From positions 3,096,158 to 3,160,157 of the forward strand of contig CAJINV010000013.1 of NCBI GenBank assembly GCA_905178155.1: a stretch of 64,000 nt of DNA, written 5' to 3'. The DNA comes from Amoebophrya sp. A120 (taxonomy: Eukaryota > Protista > Dinoflagellata). Both the position numbers and the translations under genes were made by a program. Positions 23,069 to 34,881 of the stretch are shown piece by piece. Each line of letters starts with the position of its first letter. Position 1 is the first letter of the stretch. The notes below the pieces were generated by a model that worked only from the letters and a program-made list of their open reading frames with translations, was not told where the DNA came from and did no database searches.

Positions 23069-25373
23069 ATGTCCGCCGGCGAGGTGATTTTCCGTCGGTG
23101 TCCCATCACCAAAACGGACATGCGACTTCTGGAAGACGGGAACGATTTGAACGACGCGTTGCTCGATTTTTTCCTCAAACTCGGGCAGTATTTGATCCCG
23201 AAGCAGCACAACCAAGCCCTTCCGAACCTCCACCCGTTGTCCAGCCTGTTCTACGGGAAACTCACCGGGGGGCAGGCAAAAACCGGGGAGGAGGCGTGGG
23301 AGCAGATAAAGCGCTGGACGTTGCGAATTCCGAACGGGATCTTCACGCCACCGATCATCGCTCTGCCGATCAACGAAACCTTCCTGAACGAGAAGGAAAA
23401 GCCCTGCGGCAGCCACTGGTGGTTGGCACTCCTAGTTGGCGCAAAAAACGCGGCGGAGAAGCAGGAAGAAGTCGTCTTAGAGCAGTACAAGAAGATCGGC
23501 GCCGCGGCGCCCCCAAAACCGCTGCACAAAAAAGCGGGCGACAAGGCGGAATTGCAGGTGCAGGACGGGGAGAAGGTATCGATAAAATTCGGGTCTTTGG
23601 TGAACGGGAAGAAGGTGGACAAGTCTGAGCAACAGGAAAAGGATGCGCGTTCGTCAAAAGAGGATAGGCGAGACGGGCACAGCAGCGACGAGGAGGAGCG
23701 ACATAGCCGGAGACGCAATAAAGACCGCAGTAGGGATAGATCGCGGCCGGAGAGAAGGTCGAGGTCGCGGGATCGAAGTAGAAGATCCAGGTCGCCGCGG
23801 GAAGATCGGGATAGACGAAGAAAAAACCGGAGGTCTTCTCGGGATAGAAGGAGTCGCAGCCGCTCACGAGAGGACCGCAGGAAGAAGGAGAAGAAAAGAA
23901 GATCATCCGCATCCTCGGACGAGGATGTTGACAGAATAGACAAGCACAAAGAAGAACTATCATCCAAAACAGTAGCGAATAAAGCACCAAACAAGTCAAC
24001 AGAGCAACTAATAAGTAAGCCTATCCCCAAAGACATCAAGCGCAGTTTCTTGTTGTGCGTCGACAGTATGACACGGCGAGTGGTCGAACTGAACACCGAT
24101 AATTTGAAAGAACAGAACAAGGACGCGCTGAACGCGGTGAACAAGCTGAAGAAGCAAATAAAAAAAGTCTACAAAAAGGGCTCACTTTGCCGCTACAGCG
24201 TGGAGATCACCCGCGTGGAGCAGGCGGGGCACCGCGTGTGGCTGGATTTTGACGCGCGGGGCGACGGATCTGTCGGACTGCTAGAGCACCCAAAGGAGAC
24301 GGCGGAACTCTTTCTCTTCGACAAGCAGGGAAACAAAATCAAAGGGATCAAACCAAACGACATGGGGCTGCGGATTAACAACAACAATCGAGGCTCCGGG
24401 GTGTTGCAGTACCGGGGGATGCTGGAGTTTCTGGTCGACAGTCGCGATGATTTCACCGGGCAGTTCCAATTCCGGTACGGCCCCAGTTGGGAACCGATCG
24501 GACTGGAATTCGACGGCTACGCCTTGTCAAAATTCCAGAAGGAGGTCGCACGGTACCTGCAGGGAATGATGAAGAAGGAGTGGGAAAGAGCCAAAGAGAA
24601 AGAGAAGAAGGCGCTGAAATTGTATTGTGAATTTTTGTTTATTGGTCGTTTTAGCGTGTTCAACAGGCGCTCCACTGGCAATCTTGAGATAGATTGCGTG
24701 CGCGTTTACGGTTTTTTGCAGATTGCGTCTCAGGATTGTGGTTTTTGTATGGTGAGCAATGGATTTTTTGGGTAGTATTCACGATTGTGGTTTTTGTATG
24801 TTGCGCAATGTTGGCGTTGACCTTTTTGGGTTGTACTTACGACCGCGCATGATAACTAAAACGGAAACAGGTTCGACAAAACGTTGATCAAAGCGGTTGC
24901 AGTGGACGCTCCACAGCAGGAGAACTTGAACGATTGCGGGGTGTTCGTGCTGGAAAATTGCTTGAACCTGCTTTGTCAGGGCAACGACTATCCGAACCAG
25001 ATTCTCCACAATCCGCTGAATCCGGAATTGAAGTGGGTTGGCCAGATTGAAGTGCGGCACAGGCGGCGACAGTACTTATGATAAAATTTTCTCACCCACT
25101 TTGGTCGTGATCCACCATTTTGTCAGTGACCACTGCTGGCAACATGCAAATTAAGTTTCTCTGGCGTGGCAAGATTACGTTACCGAACGAAATCCTTTTT
25201 TTCTCAAATAACTACAAAACAGGCTTCTCACCTGTGTGCAGCATTTGTTTCAGATGAAGGAGATGCTCGGAACCGCGGATATTGAAGAGATGCTGAAGAA
25301 GGAAGGCAATCTTGCGCAACAGCTCTACGACTTTCTCACCTCGGATCCACCAACGGAAATGGTGCTGGATTGA
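23069..25373 (+). CDS. Ulp1/SENP (peptidase C48) protease, possibly SENP8/NEDP1-like; join(23069..24621,24871..25071,25223..25373)
   Basis: LNDALLDFF, LPIN..GSHWWL (catalytic His), CVDSM (Asp), PQQENLNDCGVFVL (Gln/Cys). GT-AG introns 24622-24870 and 25072-25222. Confidence 0.85.
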
Positions 25374-26398
25374 GCGCGTAGCATGTGGTAAAGCACGGTG
25401 TCCGTGTATGGACGCGCCTTCAGGGGCTAAGTTGTACTCTCGACTCGAAACTACAGCTCAGATGGACAGAAGAAATGAACCGAAAGCGAAACTTTCATTC
25501 ACATTCCTCGAACGCCACGCATCGTGCCAGTATCAATTTCTATAGTCGACGACTTCAACGCGAAAAACTACGGAGGATGTCATTCCTCTTTGAATGGAAA
25601 TGGAATAGCACAAGCAGTGCCATGATGAGGGTGTTCGTCTTCCGTGTCCCTGTTGCTACAGGGACCAAGCGAGAAGTAAAGATGGTAGTACAGGAGCGTA
25701 GAAAACTAAAGCCGTGTGGATGCATAAGAAACATCAATCTAGGCACTAAACAGGCGTTTTCCAAGAGTAACGAACTTGTACCAGTGTGTATGATCCCCCG
25801 CGATGGTGAGTTTGTGTGTAGTCTAAAGCGCGTAGCGACATGATGCTATACGTCCTACAAAAAAAAAGCGTGCAAAGGCAAACCATTGAGCTTAGCACAT
25901 GGAAGGACTTCTACTCTGATCGGTGCCGTGTGTGCGAATACTCGGGCTGAAACACAAGAAAAAATCGGTTCGTGATGAAGATTTAAGCTGGCAAATCGTA
26001 CGAAGCAGCAGCATAACGTACAGGAAAAGCAACTGCCACTGCTCGGAGCCAGCCCCTGAAAAAGATTGGCTTCTACATAATTAACGTTCGATTACAGAGC
26101 AAGTACGCGAAAAGTACACATTTATTTCGTCGCCGTGCTAGGACAAGTATCCTGTCAGTGGCCGTCCTCTGGCACCACTTGAATATATGAGGAGGCACAA
26201 GTGAAAACCAAAACAAAGACTGTCACCCAAAATAAACCCATTTCCCTCTTCTCATTTCCCATTCCAGTCACAGAAGCTCAAACCACATCCCTCCCGAAGG
26301 AAAACAAAACCTCTCTCACCGCTCGCTCAACTTTTCAACCGTAGCTCGCTCTTTGCGAAGGAAAGACTTAACAAGTTTTTAGGTCTAGTAGCTCCTAA

Positions 26399-27893
<1,495 letters not shown>

Positions 27894-29473
27894 GCCGACC
27901 GCATGGAGTCCCCGTCCGATGTTGCGATTGGGATACGTGTCAAGACAAACATGGCCAATACATTAAATCCGAGCTACTTACTCGTGAGATGAGTTTATTT
28001 CCTCCTAGAGGTTGTGGAGTTTCGTAGAACTATCAGAAGACAAACACACAGTTATCGGTATGTCACCACTCGTTGGTGTACTACAGACTTTTTAATCACT
28101 ACAGTAAATTACAAACAATTTCCAACTAATTTTTGTAATCCGCCTGTCCATGAATATCCTTCACAGCTGTTGCGCTAGTACTTGCGGTCTCTGTCCGGGC
28201 GGGTTCAATTGACTTGATTCGTGCAGAGGCTTCGCAGGGAAAAAATAGATGTACGGATTATTCGTGCTTGACTTTTCATGTATCAATCAGCTCTACTAAT
28301 ATCAAGGCGTCGACTATTCAATCTGTGTATGGTTCGATATCTTCTCCTTCTTACGCCAAAACTACACTAGCGATGAAGTCGTCCGGTATGCTGCAGCTTT
28401 TTCAGCGCACTGGGACGTCTTTTTTGCCAAACGAAAAATCTTTTTGAGGAAGGTAGGTACCCGCGTCTCAAAATCAAGTCCAGCGGCGCCGAAAATATAT
28501 TTCGGCGTCGTTGGGAGTGATACAGCGATGTGGGGAATCGACTAGGTTTTTCACTGTAGTTTTTGGCTAAAGCACTGACAACGGAAGCGGTCCTGCGAAA
28601 GTTGCGATTATTTGTGGAGGTTCTGCTAGAAGTAGCGACAGCTTTTCTCGTACACTCATGGCGAAAAAGAAGGATATTGTCCGTGTGACAACGAGATGTT
28701 GTTGGAACCTCTTTTGGTCTAGACTTGGACTTCGTTGTACGTTGATACAATCTGTACATTTGTAGCGTCGCGCGCGACAGCATGGATTACACCCATTGAG
28801 GAGATTTCTTTTGTTCAACAGATGAGGCTCGGTCAATATCTCCTCCAATATTGACAGCTGAACTTAGGCCAGCTGCGTAGCTCGGGAAATAACGGAAGCT
28901 CGTGAGAACTGGACGCAATAGATCCCGAGTAGTCGGTCTTTGGTCTCGAAAAGAAGATCTTTAGGAATGAAGGGTCATGAAGTCACAGCCGTGTTTATAC
29001 TGCCTCTGCCACAAGATCTAGATTTTGTACGATCCAGTGACCATGGCCTTCATGATACGATGACAAATTACCAAAGATCAAGTGCCCGCCCGACAGAAGG
29101 CGACACTGAATCATGATCAATGAGGTTCTCGCGTTTGGGAAAAAAATAAGGTGAAAATCAAGGTCGTTTCGTATTTCGGTTAGAACGAGTTTCTCTGATT
29201 GAAGACCGGACTGTATTAAGTAGCGACTCACTCTCATGTCTCTCTTGTGTTGCTCGCACTTTATTAAGCGACTCCCTGACACTCTTTCACGCAATCTCAT
29301 TTCGCGCAGTTTGGCTTGCCGGTAGAGAAAGTATCTGAGCATTCGATTAAGTGTGATTTTGGTACGTAGCAAGAGCTTTCTCGAAAGATTTCTGATAGTT
29401 ACTTTTTTTTTTACGCGACTGGGATTTGGCAAGTCAGAACTTGACTGAGTCAGCACGTTTTAGCGCTGTCAAA

Positions 29474-31699
29474 ATGAGGTTACGTTCTCCCAAAGTTGCA
29501 TTGTTCATCCTCGCTGGAATTGCTGGCCTCTCGGTCCACCAACCTGCAGCTGTGCGCGGCGCCACTTCAGCCAGTGCTTCGCAACCAGAGAATGAGCATC
29601 CGCGTTATCATACACAAGACCGCCGATTAGACGACGTTGATGCTGCTCACACCATCCAAATTCAATCCCCGATCACGCCAAAAAACTCAGAAGCAATACC
29701 AGAACACTCGGAAACAAAAGAGCTGCCTCCCTCGTCGTCCAGCGAACCACTTTCCCCAGTCGACCCCTCCGAGCTCCATCCACCCCCAGAATTCGGTTCA
29801 TTTTCCTACTTTTCCCGTTGGTTCTGGTGGCTCCTCGTTGCCTACTTGTTTTTCGCCCAGGCGACCGCGATCGCCGAGTGGTTTGTCCCCGCGATCGAGG
29901 TGGTGTGTGAGAAGTACGGGATTCCGGAGGATGTGTCGGGGGCGACGTTGATGGCTTTGGACGTAGTTGCGGCGACTCTGTTCACAAATTTGATGGCACT
30001 CTTCGTGACGCAGTCGGATTTTGGGGTGCAAACGATTATCGGCTCGAACATCTTCAACCTCCTGTTGATCCTCGGAATCAGCATCCTCGCTTCGCCGATA
30101 CAACCGCTAGTTGTCGACAAGTGGCCGTTTTTCCGGGACTGTTTCTTCTACCTGCTGTCGGTCGGCCTGCTCTACTGGGTCTTGCGCGACGGGGTGGTTA
30201 CGCTACGCGAGGCCTTGGTTCTGCTAACCTTCACGGGATTTTTCTTTTGCGCCGTCGGATACACGGACCGGGTTCTGGTTTATTTCGGGGTGCGAGAAAT
30301 AAATGGCGGTTTTTCTGCTTTAAGCTCGAGGGAAGAAGAGGAGGTCAAAGACGCAGCCAGCGAGGATCTCGAATGGTCTTCTGACTGTCCCTTTGTCCCA
30401 ATGGATGAGCAAGCGACCATCAGCGTCTCGCAGACGTCGCGAATGGAATGCAGAACCACTGCCACAAGTCACAAGCTGGAGATACACGATAGTCATTTTG
30501 TCGCCGAAGGACTGTGGGAAAGGAATTTTGCGACATCCTCGGGCGGGGGCGGACTATGTAACAAGCAATCTCGTTCCAGCAATGTGATCGGGACAAGTGG
30601 TTTGTCTTGCGCAGTGGAGATGACAAGCGCGAAAGGCAATTCACTTTGCAGTGCGTCGGGCAGGGGGCAGAAAGGAGCAGCTCCCGCCTCTACGCTTCAT
30701 GCGTTGTCCCCCATGGGGCTAGCGTCCCCTTTGCTAACCAGTGGCGAAGATGACATGTCGGATGGGTCAACCACAGCGCATGATAGTTGCAACGACGAAG
30801 CCGTTATTGGGGTGACATCGGAGTCTAAAGCATTCTCATCGACAACAACACCCAGGAGCGCAAAACAGCAGCAACAGCAGAGTAAAAAACTTTACTTCCG
30901 CGATATCCTGGGCACGACGCAGCTCGAAGGCCCGACGCAGATCAGCTTTCGGGACAAAAGTGACGATACTATCCGCTATTTCATCACGTTCTCCTCTGAA
31001 GCCGTATTAGGCCAGGTGTTGGATCTGATGGACAAACAGGCCCGAGACAAGAAATCTCAGCAACGCATGTCCTCCCCGAAATTTTCGGTGACTGGCAATA
31101 TATCGCAAATCTGCAGCCCCGGAGTGCGGAATTGTCAGAAGGCGTATTTGGTGGCAGCCCTCCCCATCAACTTCCTTTTCGAATCCACCATGCGGTGGTG
31201 TGACCCGAAGAACCCGAAGACTGAGTCCCTTTGGCTGGTCGCGTTTACCATCTCCATGTGCTGGCTCGCGGTTTTTTCTTACATCCTGGTCACGGTGGCG
31301 GACATCATCAACATCCAATTCCACATCACGCAGGCCATTCTCGGGGTGACACTATGCGCCGCCGGGACGTCGTTTCCGAACCTCTGGGCGAGTTACATCA
31401 CGGCGAAGGAGGGAAAAACTTCTATGGCAGTGGCGAATGCGCTGGGCTCGAATGTGCAGAATGTGTTCATCGCACTGGCGTTGCCCTGGGTCGGGAAGAC
31501 GTTGGTTTCAGAGAACCATGAAATTCCCATGGTCACTCCGGGGATTATGGACGGAGTCGCGTGGATGGGAGGCACTTGGCTGCTACTGGTGCTGCTCGCA
31601 GTTGGAAACGACTATGCCCTGCAGCCGTGGATGGGATATTTGTTTCTCAAGCTCTACCTCGTGTATTTGGTGGATGCGTGCTTCATTCATACGAGTTGA
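29474..31699 (+). CDS. CaCA-superfamily Na+/Ca2+(-K+) exchanger, NCKX/SLC24-like, with atypical alpha repeats
   Basis: FVPAIEVVCEKYGIPEDVSGATLMA, TIIGSNIFNLL, WPFFRDCFFY, GVTLCAAGTSFPN, MAVANALGSNVQN. Two transmembrane clusters separated by a large loop. Confidence 0.88.
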   Translation: MRLRSPKVALFILAGIAGLSVHQPAAVRGATSASASQPENEHPRYHTQDRRLDDVDAAHTIQIQSPITPKNSEAIPEHSETKELPPSSSSEPLSPVDPSELHPPPEFGSFSYFSRWFWWLLVAYLFFAQATAIAEWFVPAIEVVCEKYGIPEDVSGATLMALDVVAATLFTNLMALFVTQSDFGVQTIIGSNIFNLLLILGISILASPIQPLVVDKWPFFRDCFFYLLSVGLLYWVLRDGVVTLREALVLLTFTGFFFCAVGYTDRVLVYFGVREINGGFSALSSREEEEVKDAASEDLEWSSDCPFVPMDEQATISVSQTSRMECRTTATSHKLEIHDSHFVAEGLWERNFATSSGGGGLCNKQSRSSNVIGTSGLSCAVEMTSAKGNSLCSASGRGQKGAAPASTLHALSPMGLASPLLTSGEDDMSDGSTTAHDSCNDEAVIGVTSESKAFSSTTTPRSAKQQQQQSKKLYFRDILGTTQLEGPTQISFRDKSDDTIRYFITFSSEAVLGQVLDLMDKQARDKKSQQRMSSPKFSVTGNISQICSPGVRNCQKAYLVAALPINFLFESTMRWCDPKNPKTESLWLVAFTISMCWLAVFSYILVTVADIINIQFHITQAILGVTLCAAGTSFPNLWASYITAKEGKTSMAVANALGSNVQNVFIALALPWVGKTLVSENHEIPMVTPGIMDGVAWMGGTWLLLVLLAVGNDYALQPWMGYLFLKLYLVYLVDACFIHTS

Positions 31700-31904
31700 G
31701 TCTGTGAAAGCCCTACCACGGAAATCAAGCGACGATATGAATGGGAGCAAGACGAAAGCGGTAAGGATGTCCACATCAGTCACAGACCGCGTTTTGAAGT
31801 TCCGCAAGTAAGAAGTAGACCATGAAGCGACAAGTAAGTACACGTAAGTAGTGATCATTATTTCAGCTGCTGACGAGAGTGAGACGCCGCCACGCGCCGG
31901 CGAT

Positions 31905-31948
31905 GATTGGAAAATGTGTTCCTGAAGTACAACGGGGAGAATATTTTT
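31905..31948 (+). repeat. 44-bp direct repeat, copy 1 (copy 2 at 34248-34291)
   Basis: GATTGGAAAATGTGTTCCTGAAGTACAACGG(G/C)GAGAATATTTTT, 43/44 identical. Both copies read DWKMCS*. Confidence 0.9.
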
Positions 31949-31958
31949 GGTAAAACAA

Positions 31959-32100
31959 GGAATCAAGTTGAGGTCATGGAATCAAGTTAACTGGAATCAA
32001 GTTAAACCCGGAATCAAGTTACATGGAATCAAGTTAAACCTGGAATCAAGTTATATAGAATCAAGTCACTACCTGGAATCAAGTTGAATGGAATCAAGTA
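31959..32100. repeat. Minisatellite: 9 copies of GGAATCAAGT(T), period 15-19 bp
   Basis: Units start at 31959, 31978, 31993, 32010, 32025, 32042, 32057 (AGAATCAAGT), 32075 and 32090. Confidence 0.95.
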
Positions 32101-32384
32101 AACCACCACAACTTCACTTCCATCAACCCTTCGCCTCGCAATGCCTCCTTGGAAGAATCTATCTGTTGCTCTTTTTGTGTTTTGTGATTGCCATACCCTC
32201 GTGCCTAAAGTTCTCCGCTATTTTTTTTCAAACGCGGCCACTTTTATCAAACGCGTCTGGCTTTTCTTCCTCTGGTCGATAGAGACGTCGCGGATAATGT
32301 TAGAGCTAGGCTTCGCGCGCTTGTCTTGTTTCGCGACCCTCTTTCGAAAGTTGTCGGGGCTTTCGCCTGACGAAGTTCCCGGGG

Positions 32385-32765
32385 TTTCATTTGTGCTTCC
32401 TTCCTTCGAAGGGAGGGTGTGTGTCTCTGGGGATTCGCGCTTATTTCGCCTTTCCTCGGAAGAAGAAGATCCATCCGTCCCTCTCGGAGTTCCATGCCCG
32501 CTTCACCTCCTCTCGGGAGACCCATTGCTCGCGGGATTCCGTTTTCATTTCGCCTTCCTGGGGCTGGTGTGTGTCAGTCTCGGAGGATTCCGCTTCGCCT
32601 TCCTGGGGAAGGTGCTGTCTCAGGGGACTCCATTTCGCCCTCCTGTGGAAGGTGTCTCGGGGCCTCCATTTCGCCTTCCTTGTACTTAGGCAGGTCTCTC
32701 CGGGGATTCTGTTTCGCGTCTTTCGGAAAGTATCTTGGGCGCCTCTTTCGGAAAGTATCTCTACG
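32385..32765. repeat. Degenerate GC-rich minisatellite (~37-45 bp units, core TTTCGCCTTCCT...GTGTCTC..GGGATTC)
   Basis: Repeated (C)ATTTCGCC(T)TCCT and GTCTC(T)GGGGATTC/ACTC blocks. TTTCGGAAAGTATCT occurs twice. Confidence 0.65.
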
Positions 32766-34247
32766 GGCCTGGGCGCCCTGTAGCCCTTCGCAAAATGGCC
32801 CGGACACGTGAGGACTGCGCAGAAAAACGGCAAGCAGGACGCGCGACAAAGATCAAGATGACTTATGTCCTAGGGAGCGCGTCAGATTGGCGCACTTTTC
32901 TCCCAGTGCTCTGCTATATATTGGATGGCGCGCGATATTATATATTCGGTTTCGGACGTAGTGGCTTGCAAAAGAATCCGATGGAACGCACAGCGCCAAA
33001 CGCGAAGGAAAAAGAAAAATTGCCACTGGTCTCGCAGTTCGTAGCTACTTTTCGCGAGAACTTCTGGATAAGCATCCCGGCTAGCGGGCGTGACGGTGAT
33101 GATGTGTAGCGGTGGTTGGTCCCTCGTAACTAGATAGTGCGTGAGAAGTGTCGCCCTACTGCCCCGATGTTCTGTTCTGAAGCTCAAGCTCCGGCGCCAC
33201 TGTCCAAGTGGGTGCTGCGGAGTTTTCTAGGATTTGCGAGGAAAATCTTGGAAAATCTCGACTCCACCGATGAAGAAAGGCTGTTGTAAGCTATGGCCTC
33301 AAAAAATTGCCGCACACCTGCAGAGCTGTTTTTGTCTTTCACAAGGATTGGTAGCTGGTGTAAGGTCTTTGGCACTATGAAAACATCCAAAGCCTCTATC
33401 AACCGCGTTGCGGCAGTATATTCCTCGAGGGAAAGTAGAGCTGCGACCCCCTTTCAGCGCGACAGCGTTGCAAAAGAAATCTCGTCTCTTCACCAATAAA
33501 GAAGCAAAAGCCAAGGCACACAGGGCCAGCTAAGCTCTATCTCCAACGCACTACACAGCAGTAAAAAAGAAAGATAGTGCTAGGAAGTTCCAAAAGGAGC
33601 TCGACGGGCCTTTAAATATCAACTTGGACCTCGAGGATGATGCCGCAGGAGATGAAAACATCAAGCAAATTATCCTGAGGAAAAACATCCCCGCACCAGA
33701 GTCAAGACGGGGACTTTGCAACACAAACGAGCCTGGGGCTTTTGGGGGTCACGCATCACAAGTTGCAGTCCGTAGTGTAGTGCAGGTTCGCAAGGTCAGC
33801 TGCATCAGAATCCTTCTGCTCATCCTGTTTACAGCATTACAAATTCCACAACACGAGTAACAATGCCTCTCCTGGCGATGCGCATTACAAATGTTCCTGT
33901 CATTGCAAATCTGCATGACAGCTCTGGTGTTTGCGCAGACTCTCAAGTATGTCCATGTGTGTTTCTGTGAGCTGATTTGCTTTGGCAATCCACAATGCAC
34001 AACACGAGCCAAAAAGTGGCACAATGGGGGAGGGGGGTAAAGTGTGTCGCGTTTTGTTTAGCATGACAACTCTGGCGTGGGGACGTTTTTACTCAGGATA
34101 AAAATGGCCAGCGCATGGAGGAGCAGTGCTGGCGACGAGCAGGAAGAGGGCATCCATAGCCTTGGGGCGGTGAGTCATAGTGGAGACGAAGCGCGTAAGC
34201 GGGTGAAGGTCTTTTCGTCCGATGAGGACGAAGACGAAGACGCGCTG

Positions 34248-34291
34248 GATTGGAAAATGTGTTCCTGAAGTACAACGGCGAGAATATTTTT
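34248..34291 (+). repeat. 44-bp direct repeat, copy 2; ends a short acidic ORF (…DEDEDEDALDWKMCS*)
   Basis: 43/44 identity to 31905-31948. Confidence 0.9.
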
Positions 34292-34881
34292 CGAGCGCAG
34301 CATAGAGGTTGAGGTACTACACAAGTAAAGTGGGGCACCACGTGAGAGAAGAGCTGGCACAGTGACGCTGGCATAACATTCATTTAGGAAAGTCAACTCC
34401 GCAAAATAGGATGGACGTGAGGATTCGAGTGTATCTATAGAAGCTGCTACGTTTTAGTATTATTTTTTGCGGTGATTATCCATCGTGGTCGAGTGACAGA
34501 CAGGCTGCTTGCAGAAGCAGGTCAGGCGTCATCGCCAGTAGCGTTGTCCCGCCCCGAGAGTTTCTTCTGCTCCTGTTAACACGACCAGGGACTGCCATTT
34601 CGAATTATATCCCCGTGCTACTCATCTGACTGATTCCGAAGAACCCTTTTCAAAAAGAACAATCTTCGGAGTCGTTTTCTGTCATGGTAATTCTATCTAA
34701 GCTGATGTCGAAATGAGAATGATGTAAAACTCCAAGATGAGCACCAGGACGATCAATTATTCAAATTGAAATAAATGGAAGCTTCAGTTATCTTTCTGTA
34801 TCCCTACCAATAGGGTTCTTGCTGTCCACCAGTCAGTGACGAGCGTTTGGTACCAAAGAAAACCAGGCACTAGAGGAACGC

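Noticed and set aside
26338-26360. Possible relic dinoflagellate spliced leader upstream of actin (ACCGTAGC)
   Set aside because: Only 8 nt match the 22-nt leader, which is compatible with chance.
31959-32100. CRISPR-like array of GGAATCAAGT(T) with variable spacers
   Set aside because: The repeat is only 10-11 bp, the spacers are 4-8 bp and resemble each other, the context is eukaryotic, and no cas genes are present. It is a minisatellite.
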